Origin: Gemmatimonadota bacterium
Lineage (GTDB): Bacteria > Gemmatimonadota > Gemmatimonadetes > Palauibacterales > Palauibacteraceae
Length of the DNA: 64,000 bases
NCBI GenBank assembly: GCA_965207805.1
Contig: OZ242312.1
Location: forward strand, 1,268,050 to 1,332,049
Reading direction: 5' to 3'
This document shows positions 24,668 through 36,388 of this stretch, piece by piece; the stretch's first letter is position 1; each line of letters begins with the position of its first letter. A model generated the notes under the pieces. It was not told where the DNA came from and ran no database searches. It saw only the letters and a list, made by a program, of their open reading frames with translations. A program made the translations under genes and the position numbers.

Positions 24668-25117
24668 TTATCGCGACCTGTCCGCCCAGGGGTTGACCAC
24701 TTCGATGCCCGTGTTCCGGAAGTCCCGCTCGTTCCGTGTGACCAGGGTGAGGCCGTGACGCGCGGCCACGCCCGCCAGCATCGCGTCCGGCAGGTGGTCG
24801 TCGAGCGGTTCGCCTCGCCGCCTCTTCAATTCCATGATGCGGGCGCAGGCTCGGGCGTCGCCGAGGGTCCAGTCGAGGACTCGTTCACGGAAGAGGTCGT
24901 CCAGAAGGCCCTGAAACCGCTCGGCCAGATGGTCCCGCCGCCGGCCGGCGTCCATGCGGCCGATTCCGTTGAGGATCTCCCACACCGTGACGGACGCCAG
25001 ACCGACTCCCTGGGCCCAGATCCCGTCGAGAAACCCGGCCACTCGCGCGTCGGGAGCCGGACGCATCATCTCCGAGACCACGTTCGTATCGATGAGCCAG
25101 CGGAGGGGTTGCCTCAC
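24668..25117 (-). CDS. vapC: PIN-domain toxin (VapC/FitB family)
   Basis: LIDTNVVSE, DAMLAG and TRNERDF motifs. Confidence 0.93.
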   Translation of the reverse strand: MRQPLRWLIDTNVVSEMMRPAPDARVAGFLDGIWAQGVGLASVTVWEILNGIGRMDAGRRRDHLAERFQGLLDDLFRERVLDWTLGDARACARIMELKRRRGEPLDDHLPDAMLAGVAARHGLTLVTRNERDFRNTGIEVVNPWADRSR

Positions 25118-25377
25118 CCTTTGCCCCCGCCTTCATCCTCAAACACGAACGGCCTGTATCCGTGGCGAGAAGGCTCAGGCAGCTCCACCCCGTACTCCGA
25201 CCCGAAGTACCTCTCGAAGACTTGCGAAGGTCTCGTCTCGGCGGCGGCATTCTCCCGCTTCTCGCGAATCAGGCGGCGAACGAACTCCTCCATTGAGATG
25301 CCGGTGTAGCGGGCCTCCCGGCGGAGCCAGGCCTTGTCGCCCGGATCGATGTCCCGGACGGTAATCGTGTTGCCCAT
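25114..25377 (-). CDS. RHH antitoxin (FitA-like)
   Basis: TITVRDID...SMEEFVRRLI; overlaps the toxin start. Confidence 0.88.
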   Translation of the reverse strand: MGNTITVRDIDPGDKAWLRREARYTGISMEEFVRRLIREKRENAAAETRPSQVFERYFGSEYGVELPEPSRHGYRPFVFEDEGGGKG

Positions 25378-25420
25378 ACGCTCCACTCCTCGAAACAGGT
25401 TGTCGGCAAACGGAAATTAG

Positions 25421-25447
25421 TGCTAGCAGATAGTGCTTGCAAGCACT
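25421..25447. promoter_or_regulatory. Putative FitA-type autorepression operator
   Basis: Palindromes TGCTAGCA (25421-25428) and AGTGCTTGCAAGCACT (25432-25447) upstream of the antitoxin. Confidence 0.65.
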
Positions 25448-25531
25448 GTATGTCTCTCCGACTCGCTGTCGAGTAGGGCCTTGCCGGCCGCATCCGATCC
25501 ACCGTCGGGGGGGCCGTGCTACATTGTTCGC

Positions 25532-26020
25532 ATGACATTTTCGACTGCCGGTTCCCCGGTGTCCGCCTCCCGCGGGAGGGTCTCGATTGGGCTCATCCTC
25601 GGACTTCTGGGTGCGTCGGGGTGCGGCGAGTCGGGGCTGGGGCCGGATGTGCCGGAAAACAACGTGGTTCTCGCGGGCAACGGCGATTGGGGAGACGATC
25701 CCTACGTCGCGAACTCGGCCTCGGTGGACGGACACGGATTGACGGTCGAAGTCTCATACGCGGGCGGTTGCCGGAGGCACATCTTCACGCTGGTGATCTC
25801 GGAGACGTTCCTGGAATCGGATCCGGTGCAGCTCCCGGCGGAACTCGTCCACGAAGCGAACGGCGATGCCTGCGAGGCCTGGCTGACCAACACCCGCGTC
25901 TTCGACCTCGACCTGGTCAGAACCCGCTACCGGCAGTTCTACGGACCCGGACCCGGCACGGTCGTGCTGCGGGTCGAGGGTCTGCCTGGGGAGAGCCTGG
26001 TGTATGAGTTCGCCGGATAG
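25532..26020 (+). CDS. Lipoprotein, NigD-like C-terminal beta-sandwich
   Basis: ASGC lipobox; VSYAGGCRRHIFTLV...FLESDPVQ...HEANGDACEA. Confidence 0.7.
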   Translation: MTFSTAGSPVSASRGRVSIGLILGLLGASGCGESGLGPDVPENNVVLAGNGDWGDDPYVANSASVDGHGLTVEVSYAGGCRRHIFTLVISETFLESDPVQLPAELVHEANGDACEAWLTNTRVFDLDLVRTRYRQFYGPGPGTVVLRVEGLPGESLVYEFAG

Positions 26021-26021
26021 C

Positions 26022-27149
26022 ATGGCGGTGAGGATGAGATCGGAGTTTGCCGGCTTGTACGTTGCGCGGGGGGTCGCGCTCGCGGCGGTCGGGGCGTTCG
26101 GCGGATTTCTCGCGGCGGGAGGGTGTGTGGCGCAGGAGACGGCGGATTCGGCGGGGGGCGGGATCACGGCAGTCGAGGGCCTCGCGCTGGGGCACTTCAC
26201 TCTGGAGGAGCGGCCCACGGGCTGTACGGTCATCCTCGCCGAGGACGGCGCCGTCGCCGGCGTCGACGTGCGGGGCGGGGCGCCGGGGACGCGGGAGATC
26301 GCCCTCCTCGACCCGGTGAACAGCGTGCAGGAAGCCCACGCCATCGTGCTCTCGGGTGGGAGCGCATTCGGCCTCGACGCGGCATCGGGCGTGGTCCGGT
26401 ATCTCGAGGAGCGCGGGATCGGATACCAGGCCGGGGACCATGTCGTCCCGATCGTCGCGGCGGCGATCCTGTTCGATCTCGGCATCGGCGGCGGGTCCGT
26501 TCGTCCCGGGCCGGAGTGCGGTTACGAGGCCGCCCGCGCGGCGAGCACGGCCGCGCCCGCCGAGGGCAGCGTCGGCGCGGGGGCCGGAGCGACGGTCGGG
26601 AAGCTCCGCGGCCGCGGCCGCGCGATGAAGGGCGGAATCGGCACCGCCTCGATCACCCTCGAGGACGGTCTCACGGTGGCCGCGGTCGTGGCGGTCAATG
26701 CGGTCGGAGACGTGATCGATCCGGCCACGGGGGAGGTCGTGGCCGGCGTCCGAACCGAGGACGGGACGGGCTTCGCGGACGCCCGCGCGCTGCTGCGGGA
26801 GGGCGAGGTGCGGCCTCCGGGCGACGCGCCGGGCGGCGACGCCTCCGTCGAGAACACGACGATCGGCGTCGTGGCGACGAACGCGACTCTCACGAAAGCC
26901 GAGATCACGAAGGTCGCGCAGATGGCGCACGACGGGCTCGCCCGTGCCATCTACCCGGCGCACACCCCGAGCGACGGCGACACCCTGTTCGGCCTTGCCA
27001 CCGGCACGCACACGGACGACGCAGGCGTGGCGCGGATCGGCGCGCTCGCCGCCGACATGGTCGCCGAAGCGATCCTGCGCGCCGTCCGCACCGCCACCGG
27101 CCTCCCCGGCCTCCCCTCCGTGTCCGACCTGGCCGACACCGGCAACTGA
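26022..27149 (+). CDS. P1/S58 (DmpA-like) peptidase, exported
   Basis: TGCTVI, VDVRGGAPGTRE, LSGGSAFGLDAA, NTTIGVVATN, HDGLARAIYPAHT, DGD. Confidence 0.92.
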   Translation: MAVRMRSEFAGLYVARGVALAAVGAFGGFLAAGGCVAQETADSAGGGITAVEGLALGHFTLEERPTGCTVILAEDGAVAGVDVRGGAPGTREIALLDPVNSVQEAHAIVLSGGSAFGLDAASGVVRYLEERGIGYQAGDHVVPIVAAAILFDLGIGGGSVRPGPECGYEAARAASTAAPAEGSVGAGAGATVGKLRGRGRAMKGGIGTASITLEDGLTVAAVVAVNAVGDVIDPATGEVVAGVRTEDGTGFADARALLREGEVRPPGDAPGGDASVENTTIGVVATNATLTKAEITKVAQMAHDGLARAIYPAHTPSDGDTLFGLATGTHTDDAGVARIGALAADMVAEAILRAVRTATGLPGLPSVSDLADTGN

Positions 27150-27188
27150 TTGTTGATGCAGTGATGCATGGACGTTATTCTCTTCACC

Positions 27189-27437
27189 ATGCGAACGACG
27201 ATTTCCCTCGATGATCGACTCAACAGGCAGGTGCGACGCGAAGCGGCCGCGCGAGGGATGAGTGTGAGCGCTTTCATCGCCAGAACCCTGGACGATGCGT
27301 TGAAGCGGCGCGAGGATACGGAGCCGTCGCCTTTCCGACTCGTGACGGTGCGCTCCCGACCCTGTCCCGGCGTCGATCTCGACCGGCCCAGGGCGCTGGA
27401 AACCGATGAGGATGCCGCTCGCTTCGGACGCCGCTGA
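27189..27437 (+). CDS. vapB: RHH antitoxin (VapB/CopG-like)
   Basis: MRTTISLDD N-terminus, GVDLD C-terminal motif; precedes a PIN gene. Confidence 0.85.
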   Translation: MRTTISLDDRLNRQVRREAAARGMSVSAFIARTLDDALKRREDTEPSPFRLVTVRSRPCPGVDLDRPRALETDEDAARFGRR

Positions 27438-27443
27438 TTCTCC

Positions 27444-27887
27444 GTGCTTCTTCCTGATGTCAACGTACTGATCTACGCACACATCGACGGCTCGACGCCG
27501 GAACACGAAGCGTATGCTCAGTGGGTCACTCGCATGGCCACCGGACCGGAACCCTTCGCCTTGTCCGTTCTCGTCCTTTCCGGCTTCATCCGTATCGCAA
27601 CCAACCGTCGGGTATTCGATCCTCCCTCCACCCTGGACACCGCGTTCGCCTTCGTGTCTTCGCTCACGGAGCGGCCGACTGCGAGAATCGTCGGTCCCGG
27701 ACCGGAACACTTCACGATCTTCGAGCACCTGTGTCGTGCGGCGGGGGCGACCGGAAAGTTGGTCGCCGATGCCCAACACGCTGCGGTCGCACTGGAACAC
27801 GGCTGCACGATGGTTTCGACCGATTCTGATTTTGCGCGTTTCCCGGACTTCCGATGGCAACACCCCCTGCGTCCTTCGAATGCCTGA
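27444..27887 (+). CDS. vapC: PIN-domain toxin VapC
   Basis: LPDVNVLIYAH, DAQHAAVALEHG, STDSDFARF. Confidence 0.93.
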   Translation: MLLPDVNVLIYAHIDGSTPEHEAYAQWVTRMATGPEPFALSVLVLSGFIRIATNRRVFDPPSTLDTAFAFVSSLTERPTARIVGPGPEHFTIFEHLCRAAGATGKLVADAQHAAVALEHGCTMVSTDSDFARFPDFRWQHPLRPSNA

Positions 27888-27920
27888 ACGCGGCGGCGTA
27901 GCCACACCGCTCGTGACCAC

Positions 27921-29354
27921 ATGACCGCCGGCCTCTGGGTGCTCCTGGCGTATGCTGCGGGGCTCGTTGCGCTGGGGGCGTGGATCGGGCGGCGGGTTGG
28001 CCGGGCGGGGAGCTTCTTCGTGGCGGACCGCAAGCTCGGGCCGGTGCTGCTCTTCGCCACCGTGCTTGCCGCCAACCTCGGGGCGGGCACGACGGTGGGC
28101 GCGGCGGGGCTCGGCTACCGGGACGGCCTCAGCGCGTGGTGGTGGGTCGGCTCGGCCGGCATCGGGACGATCCTGCTCGCCCTCTGGGTCGGTCCGCGCA
28201 TCTGGAAGGTGGCCGCGCGCCACGGACTCCTCACCATGGGCGACTATCTGGACCTGCGCTACGGCCGCTCCGTGCGGCTGCTGATCGCCGTCCTGCTCTG
28301 GTTCGCCACGCTCACCATCGTGTCCGGTCAGCTCATCGCCATGGCCGAGATCGTCTCGGTCGTCGCCGGAACCCCCCGCTGGATCGGCGCGCTCCTGGGC
28401 GGGATCGTCGTCATCGTCTACTTCAGCGCCGGCGGCCTCGTGGCGTCGGCCTGGGTCAACCTGGTGCAACTCGTCGTGCTGCTCGCCGGGTTCGCGGTCG
28501 CGATCCCGTGGGCGCTCTCCGACATCGGCGGCTGGACCGCAATCGAGGCCGCCGCCGCGCGCACGTCGCCGGACTACCTGAATCTGTGGCAGGGCGGCGG
28601 ATCCGGGTGGGTCTACATCGCCCTCCTCGCGCCCGCCTTCATCATCTCGCCGGGGCTGGTGCAGAAGGTCTACGGAGCGACGGGTCCCCGGGCGATCCGG
28701 ATCGGACTCCTCGCCGCCGGCGTCGGGCTCGTCCTGTTCGCCTTCGCGCCGACGCTGCTCGGGATGATCGCCCGCGTGTACGATCCCGCGCTCGCGAGCC
28801 GAGAACAGGCGCTGCCCATGCTCCTCGCCACCGCGCTGCCGCCCGCGCTGGGGCTCCTCGGCCTCGCTGCGGTGTTCTCGGCCGAGGTGAGTTCGGCCGA
28901 CGCCGGGCTGTTCATGCTCTCGACCTCTCTCTCGAAGGACCTCTACAAGGGATTCCTGAGACCGGAGGCGACGAGCCGGCAGGTGCTACGGGTGGCGCGA
29001 GGCGCCGCGATCGCCGGGGGGACGCTGGGCGTGCTGCTCGCCCTCTGGCTCGAGAGCGTGATCGCCTCGCTCACGATCTTCTACTCGATCCTCAGCGTGA
29101 GCCTCTTCGTGCCCGTGGCCGCCGGCCTGCACTCACGGCGCGCCGGCGTGCCCGAGGCGCTGGCCGCCATCGGCGCCGGCCTCGCCGCGCTGGGCGCCGT
29201 GCACATCTTCGCCCCCGCCGACGCGCCCGCCCTGCTCGACCGCACGCTCATCGGCCTCATCGTCTCCGCCGCCGCCTTCGCCCTCGTCGCCCTGGTCCGC
29301 GCTCGCCGAGGAGACGCCCGTCGCACGCTGGATATCGAGCGAGAGCAGGGCTAA
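27921..29354 (+). CDS. Sodium:solute symporter family protein
   Basis: About 13 TM segments, FFVADRKLG, TMGDYLDLRYG, SAEVSSAD. Confidence 0.92.
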   Translation: MTAGLWVLLAYAAGLVALGAWIGRRVGRAGSFFVADRKLGPVLLFATVLAANLGAGTTVGAAGLGYRDGLSAWWWVGSAGIGTILLALWVGPRIWKVAARHGLLTMGDYLDLRYGRSVRLLIAVLLWFATLTIVSGQLIAMAEIVSVVAGTPRWIGALLGGIVVIVYFSAGGLVASAWVNLVQLVVLLAGFAVAIPWALSDIGGWTAIEAAAARTSPDYLNLWQGGGSGWVYIALLAPAFIISPGLVQKVYGATGPRAIRIGLLAAGVGLVLFAFAPTLLGMIARVYDPALASREQALPMLLATALPPALGLLGLAAVFSAEVSSADAGLFMLSTSLSKDLYKGFLRPEATSRQVLRVARGAAIAGGTLGVLLALWLESVIASLTIFYSILSVSLFVPVAAGLHSRRAGVPEALAAIGAGLAALGAVHIFAPADAPALLDRTLIGLIVSAAAFALVALVRARRGDARRTLDIEREQG

Positions 29355-29388
29355 CCTCCCGGCCACTTGACGACGGAAAGGGCCGACC

Positions 29389-30360
29389 ATGCCGGAAGGG
29401 GCCTTCAACAGAGCCGTACGCCCAGCCTTGATCTGCATCGCAGCGGCCGCCAGCGCCGCGGGCTGCGGGGGCGAGGGGCAGCGGACGCTCTCGATCGCCA
29501 CGGGCAACACGAACGGGCTCTACTATCCGCTCGGCGGCGGCCTGGCGTCGATCTGGTCGCGGCACGTCGACGGCGTGAACATGAAAGCCGAGACGACCGC
29601 CGGCTCCGTGACGAACCTCATCCAGGTGGCCAAGGGCGAGAGCGAGGTCGGCTTCACGCAGGCCGACGCGCTCGCCGCCGCGCTGGCCGGCCGCGGGCGC
29701 TTCCCGGAGCCCATGCCGCTCGCCTCCCTCGGGAAGCTCTATCCCAACGTCGTGCACCTCGTGACGACCCGGAGCACGGGGATCGAATCGGTGCACGACC
29801 TTCGCGGACGCCGCGTGTCCGTCGGCCCGCCGGGGTCCGGGAACGCGGTCACCGCCTGGAACGTGCTCGAGGCGATGGGGATCGGGGAGTCCGACTTCAC
29901 GGTGCGGCAGCTCAACTACGCGCAGATGTCGAACGGGCTCAAGGACGGGACGCTGGATGCCGGATTCATCGCGGGCGGCTTGGGGATGCCCGCCGTGGTC
30001 GAGATCGGGGTCTCCCGGGACATGATCCTCGTCCCCTTCTCGGAGGGTGAGATCGCGACGATCATCCGATCCGAGCCCGCGTACAACGGCTTCCGCGTGC
30101 CGCCCGGCGTCTACCGTGGCGTCGACGAGCCAGTGCTCACGCCGACGCTCTGGAACCTGATCGTCGTCCACCGCGCGATGGAGGCGGGGCTCGCCTACGA
30201 TCTCACGCGCACGATGCTCGAGCGCCGCGAAGATCTCGAGAACATCTCCGGCGTGGCGAGCTTCATCACGCCGCCCTCCGCGCGCGACGTCGGCGACTTC
30301 CCGCTCCACCCCGGCGCCCGGCGCTACTTCGACGAAGTTCTGGACCCCGCCGCGCGTTGA
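29389..30360 (+). CDS. TAXI-family TRAP solute-binding lipoprotein
   Basis: AAGC lipobox, IATGNTNGLYYPLG, TAGSVTN, PLHPGARRYF. Confidence 0.94.
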   Translation: MPEGAFNRAVRPALICIAAAASAAGCGGEGQRTLSIATGNTNGLYYPLGGGLASIWSRHVDGVNMKAETTAGSVTNLIQVAKGESEVGFTQADALAAALAGRGRFPEPMPLASLGKLYPNVVHLVTTRSTGIESVHDLRGRRVSVGPPGSGNAVTAWNVLEAMGIGESDFTVRQLNYAQMSNGLKDGTLDAGFIAGGLGMPAVVEIGVSRDMILVPFSEGEIATIIRSEPAYNGFRVPPGVYRGVDEPVLTPTLWNLIVVHRAMEAGLAYDLTRTMLERREDLENISGVASFITPPSARDVGDFPLHPGARRYFDEVLDPAAR

Positions 30361-32225
30361 CGACCCCGCGGCCGCCGTGGCGGCGCATCCTCTTCGCCCT
30401 CGCGGTCGGGCTCTCCCTCTTCCAGCTCTGGCAGAGCACGACCGGCACGCTCTCGGCCACGCTCGGACGGCCCATCCACCTCGCGTGGGTCGTCGTCCTC
30501 ACCTTCCTCGCCAAGCCCTCGTGGACGGGGGAGGGGCCCGCGCCGCGCTGGAGCTTGTGGCTCGACGCGTGCCTGGCCCTCGTCGCCCTCTACTGCGGGT
30601 GGGTCATCGTGGGCTTCGACTACCGCGGGGTCGACCACATCCTGTACGGGCTCACGACGCACGACCTGATCGCGGGCCTGGTGTTCGTCATCCTCCTCTT
30701 CGAGGCGACCCGCCGCGCCGTGGGCTGGGTGATGGTCGCCGTGGGCCTCGTCTTCCTCCTCTACGCGGGGTTCGGGGACCTGCTGCCCGACGTCATCGCG
30801 AATCGGGGCTTCACGCTCGAGCGCATCCTCCGCTTCCAGATCTTCACGGGGGCGGGGCTGTTCGGGACGCCGCTGGGGATCGCGGCGGGGACCGTGTTCA
30901 TCTTCGTCCTCTTCGGCGCGTTCCTCGAGGTGACGGGGGCGGGGCGCTTCTTCATCGACCTCGCCTTCGCCGCCGCGGGCCGGTTCCGGGGCGGGCCCGC
31001 CAAGGCGAGCGTCATCGCCTCCGCGGCGATGGGGTCGATCTCGGGCTCGGCGATCGCGAACACGGTGACGACGGGCGCGCTCACGATCCCGATGATGAAG
31101 AAGCTCGGCTACCGCCCGGAACAGGCGGGCGGGATCGAGGCGGCCGCCTCCACCGGCGGCCAGATCATGCCGCCGATCATGGGCGCCGGCGCGTTCATCA
31201 TGGCGGACTTCACGAACACGCCGTACCGGGAGATCGTGGCGCTCTCGATCGCGCCGGCGATCCTCTACTTCGGGTGCACGCTCCTCTTCGTCCACCTCAT
31301 GGCCCTGAAACTGGGACTGCGGGGGATGAAGAACCCGCCGCCGGTGCGGCGCACGCTGCGCGAGGGCGTCCACTTCCTGCTTCCGCTCGGGCTCGTGGTC
31401 GCGCTCCTCCTCCTCAACTACTCGCCGCCGCTCGTGGGCGCGGTGGGCTGCCTCGCGGTCGTCGTCACGGGGATGGCGCGGAAGCGCACGCGGGTCGGCT
31501 GGCGCACGATCCTCGAGGGGCTGCGGACGGGCGCGGTGCTGGCGCTGCCGATCTCGCTCGCCTGCGCGACGGCCGGGATCGTCGTGGGCGTGATCGGCCA
31601 GACCGGGATCGGCCTCCAGTTCACCGAATCCGTCGTGCAGGCGGCGGGCGGACTGCTCTGGCTCGCGCTCATCTTCATCGCGATCGCCGCGCTCGTCCTC
31701 GGCATGGGACTGCCCGTGACGGCGGCCTACATCGTGATCTCCGTAATGGCGGCACCGGCGCTGGAGGGGCTGGGGCTCTCCCTCCTCGTCGCGCACATGA
31801 TCATCTTCTGGCTCTCGCAGACCTCGAACGTAACGCCGCCCATCGCGCTGGCCGCCTTCGCGGGAGCGGGAGTGGCGGGTTCGGCGCCCATGCGGACGGC
31901 GACCCAGGCGGTGAAGCTCTCCCTCGGCTTCTTCATCGTGCCCGCGATGATGGCCTACTCGGCGCTGATCCTCGTGGACGGCACCGCCGTGACGGACTTC
32001 GTCTTCGCCATCGTCTGCACCGTGGCGCTCGTGTCGGCCGTCGCATATGCGATCGAGGGATTCGCCATCGCCCAGTGCGGCGTCGCCGAACGCGCCCTGT
32101 TCGCGCTGGCCGGGGCCCTCATCCTGGTCCCGAACGCCGCGGCCAGGATCTCGGGGGTGCTGCTGGCAGCCGCGGTCCTCGCCCTCCACGCACGGAACGC
32201 ACGGAGGACACGAGGAACGACGTAA
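30357..32225 (+). CDS. TRAP transporter fused 4TM/12TM permease
   Basis: GGPAKASV, SGSAIAN, ASTGGQIMPPIMGAGAF, LGMGLPVTAAY, TPP. Confidence 0.95.
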   Translation: MTTPRPPWRRILFALAVGLSLFQLWQSTTGTLSATLGRPIHLAWVVVLTFLAKPSWTGEGPAPRWSLWLDACLALVALYCGWVIVGFDYRGVDHILYGLTTHDLIAGLVFVILLFEATRRAVGWVMVAVGLVFLLYAGFGDLLPDVIANRGFTLERILRFQIFTGAGLFGTPLGIAAGTVFIFVLFGAFLEVTGAGRFFIDLAFAAAGRFRGGPAKASVIASAAMGSISGSAIANTVTTGALTIPMMKKLGYRPEQAGGIEAAASTGGQIMPPIMGAGAFIMADFTNTPYREIVALSIAPAILYFGCTLLFVHLMALKLGLRGMKNPPPVRRTLREGVHFLLPLGLVVALLLLNYSPPLVGAVGCLAVVVTGMARKRTRVGWRTILEGLRTGAVLALPISLACATAGIVVGVIGQTGIGLQFTESVVQAAGGLLWLALIFIAIAALVLGMGLPVTAAYIVISVMAAPALEGLGLSLLVAHMIIFWLSQTSNVTPPIALAAFAGAGVAGSAPMRTATQAVKLSLGFFIVPAMMAYSALILVDGTAVTDFVFAIVCTVALVSAVAYAIEGFAIAQCGVAERALFALAGALILVPNAAARISGVLLAAAVLALHARNARRTRGTT

Positions 32226-32234
32226 CCGGGGGCG

Positions 32235-34100
<1,866 letters not shown>

Positions 34101-34256
34101 GCCGGCCTCGACTTCCGCGTACTCGTGGTTGGGGGGAAACGGCGGGGAATCGCGGGGACATTCTACGGTCGCCGGCGCCGGACGACAAAAACTGTGCGTG
34201 GCGGCAAGGGCGACACTAGGTTGCCGCGGCGATTCTGGCAGGGCCGGAGGTGCGAG

Positions 34257-34811
34257 CTGAGGACGAAAAAGTGGATGGCGGTGGCCGGACTGTCGGTCGT
34301 CTTCGTGTGGGTCTCGATCTGGTTCCGATTCCGGGAGGTCGAGCCGCCGCCGCCTCCTCCCGAGCCTCCCGATCTCCGAATGTGGGATTTCCTCGGCTGC
34401 CGGCATCTCCAGTTCGACACCTGGCTCCCGGATGAGGGTGGCGATCCTCCCGAAGCCGACCCGCCCGTGGTGCGGTCGCTCATGCTGTTCGCCGACTCCG
34501 TCGACGCGTACGGGAGGGAAATGACCGCCTACAAGGCCGTCCCTCTCGAGGGCGACGGAGATCTCTCCGGCTTGGAGACGCGCTGGTTCACGCGGGCCGA
34601 CACGCTCTGGGTCGTGTGGTCGAGTCCCGAGGTGCGGGGCGCCGTGGCGCTGCGCCGGGCGCGCGGAGAGATGGTCGGACGGGCGGTGGCGCGGCTACGG
34701 GGGCAGGCTGCGGCCGCGGCGGGTGACGGTTCGATGCAGGCCCGGGCGACGTCCTGGGAAGTGAACTGCCACTCCCTGCGCCCCGACCGGATCGGCCCCG
34801 TAGACCGCTAG
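34257..34811 (+). CDS. Hypothetical membrane-anchored/exported protein
   Basis: Basic N-terminus, TM helix, Pro-rich linker, globular domain. Start is CTG 34257 (GGAGG 6 nt upstream) or ATG 34275. Confidence 0.7.
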   Translation: MRTKKWMAVAGLSVVFVWVSIWFRFREVEPPPPPPEPPDLRMWDFLGCRHLQFDTWLPDEGGDPPEADPPVVRSLMLFADSVDAYGREMTAYKAVPLEGDGDLSGLETRWFTRADTLWVVWSSPEVRGAVALRRARGEMVGRAVARLRGQAAAAAGDGSMQARATSWEVNCHSLRPDRIGPVDR

Positions 34812-35206
34812 AGGAACGAGGGGTCGAAGCCCTCGGCGGCTTTGTCGCCCTCACTCTCCTCACGGACCAGGGTGAGGATCGCGCCCTGCGGTGCGACGAG
34901 GTACTGGGTGCCCTCGAAGGTGATCTCTACGGCGGCCTTCCGGAAGAAGAGGGCGTAGTCTCCCGGCCGCGCCTGCATCGGGAGATAGCGGGCCTCGGTC
35001 GCGCCGATCTTCCACGGTTCGTCGTCGAGTTCGGCGGGCGGCCCGACCAGAGTCCCGGGGCCGACGGCCACGACCGTCCCCGCCTGCACCGCCTGCTTGT
35101 CGATGGCCGTGGGAGGGAGGTAGAGGCCGACGTTCGTGCGGTCCTCACCCTCCAGCGGCTCGATGAGCACGCGGTCGCCGACGACGATGAGTTTCTTCTC
35201 GCTCAT
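34808..35206 (-). CDS. Co-chaperonin GroES (Cpn10) family protein, stand-alone
   Basis: VVGDRVLIEP, GLYLP, GTVVAVGPG; no adjacent groEL. Confidence 0.88.
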   Translation of the reverse strand: MSEKKLIVVGDRVLIEPLEGEDRTNVGLYLPPTAIDKQAVQAGTVVAVGPGTLVGPPAELDDEPWKIGATEARYLPMQARPGDYALFFRKAAVEITFEGTQYLVAPQGAILTLVREESEGDKAAEGFDPSFL

Positions 35207-35263
35207 GCGGCACGATAGGGAACCGTGGTGGCCCCGGACAGGTTCATCGGCCGGTTCGGGCTT

Positions 35264-36388
35264 TCAGCCGGTTCGGGCTCCCGTCGCCGGGTCGTCGTCG
35301 ATCTGCGAACGTTCGCTCGCGATGAAGCTGTCCACGCTCTCGGGCACGAGGAGGCTGTCGGCGATGCGGGCGATCTCCTCCGCCTCGCGCCACCGCGCCT
35401 CGAGTTCCTTCAGCTCCCCCTCCAGCGCCTCGCGCTCCGCCTGCTCGTGCGTCGCCATCTCGATCGCCAGCCGCATGTCCACCTTGAGACCCGCGAGGGT
35501 GCCGGGAAGCGGCTTCATGAGATTCTCGATCTTCTTCGCGGGAAGATCCGCCTTTCCCGAGCCGGAGAAATCGTTCATGGCGCGTCTGGCCGCCCCCGGC
35601 AGGAACGCCTCCGGGTGTCCCGCGTCCTCGATCCGCTCGACCGCGTCGCGGATTGCCTTCCGCGCTCCGCCACTTCGATTGGCATGGGCCATGAGCTGGC
35701 CCGCGAGGCCGATCGCTTCGCTCCCGTGAACGATCATGGTGTGTCGGCGGTTCTTGCGCTTGTTCGTCCGGTCCCACTTTCCCCACCCCGGGATGTGATC
35801 CACGCGCAGGTCCCATCCCGAGGCATCCGCGCTCGGTACAAGGCGGGAGGTGTAGAGGTGCTTTCGCTGGACGCGAATGCGGTCGCCGCGCTCGTCCCTG
35901 AGGCGGAGGAGGACGCGATCCCGGTACCAGGCTTGAGCCCCCTGGAAGAGCCCCGGGAAGATGCCGCCCATCGCGAACCCGGCGATCGTGCCACCGACGA
36001 CGACCGCGCCCGCCGCCGCTCCCACGGCCCCCGTGACAAGCACGGTGCGCCGCCGCCGCCGGCCGAACTGGTCGCCGTAGCGCCACGCGGCGAACTCCTG
36101 CCGGACGGGGTCGCCGACGCGGACGAGTTCGAGACCCTCCTTCAGCTTCGCGAGACCGATGTTGTCGGAGGCGACCCGCATGCGGGTGCTCTCGAAGGCG
36201 CGCTCGCAGGCTTCGATCGCCTCCCAGCGCGTCTCCAGCGGGGAGAGGTTCCAGCGCTCGCAGCGCCGGCACACGACCCACAGCCTTCCCTTGGCACCGT
36301 CGAAGGCGAGGCGGCGGCCGACCGGGAACTCCTCGATGGCCTCGTTCCGCGCGAGGTCGCCGTGGCAGAAGATGCAGGTCGTGTACAT
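35264..36388 (-). CDS. Hypothetical zinc-ribbon membrane protein, paralogue A
   Basis: CIFCH...CRRCERWN zinc motif, central TM segment, C-terminal coiled coil. Confidence 0.85.
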   Translation of the reverse strand: MYTTCIFCHGDLARNEAIEEFPVGRRLAFDGAKGRLWVVCRRCERWNLSPLETRWEAIEACERAFESTRMRVASDNIGLAKLKEGLELVRVGDPVRQEFAAWRYGDQFGRRRRRTVLVTGAVGAAAGAVVVGGTIAGFAMGGIFPGLFQGAQAWYRDRVLLRLRDERGDRIRVQRKHLYTSRLVPSADASGWDLRVDHIPGWGKWDRTNKRKNRRHTMIVHGSEAIGLAGQLMAHANRSGGARKAIRDAVERIEDAGHPEAFLPGAARRAMNDFSGSGKADLPAKKIENLMKPLPGTLAGLKVDMRLAIEMATHEQAEREALEGELKELEARWREAEEIARIADSLLVPESVDSFIASERSQIDDDPATGARTG

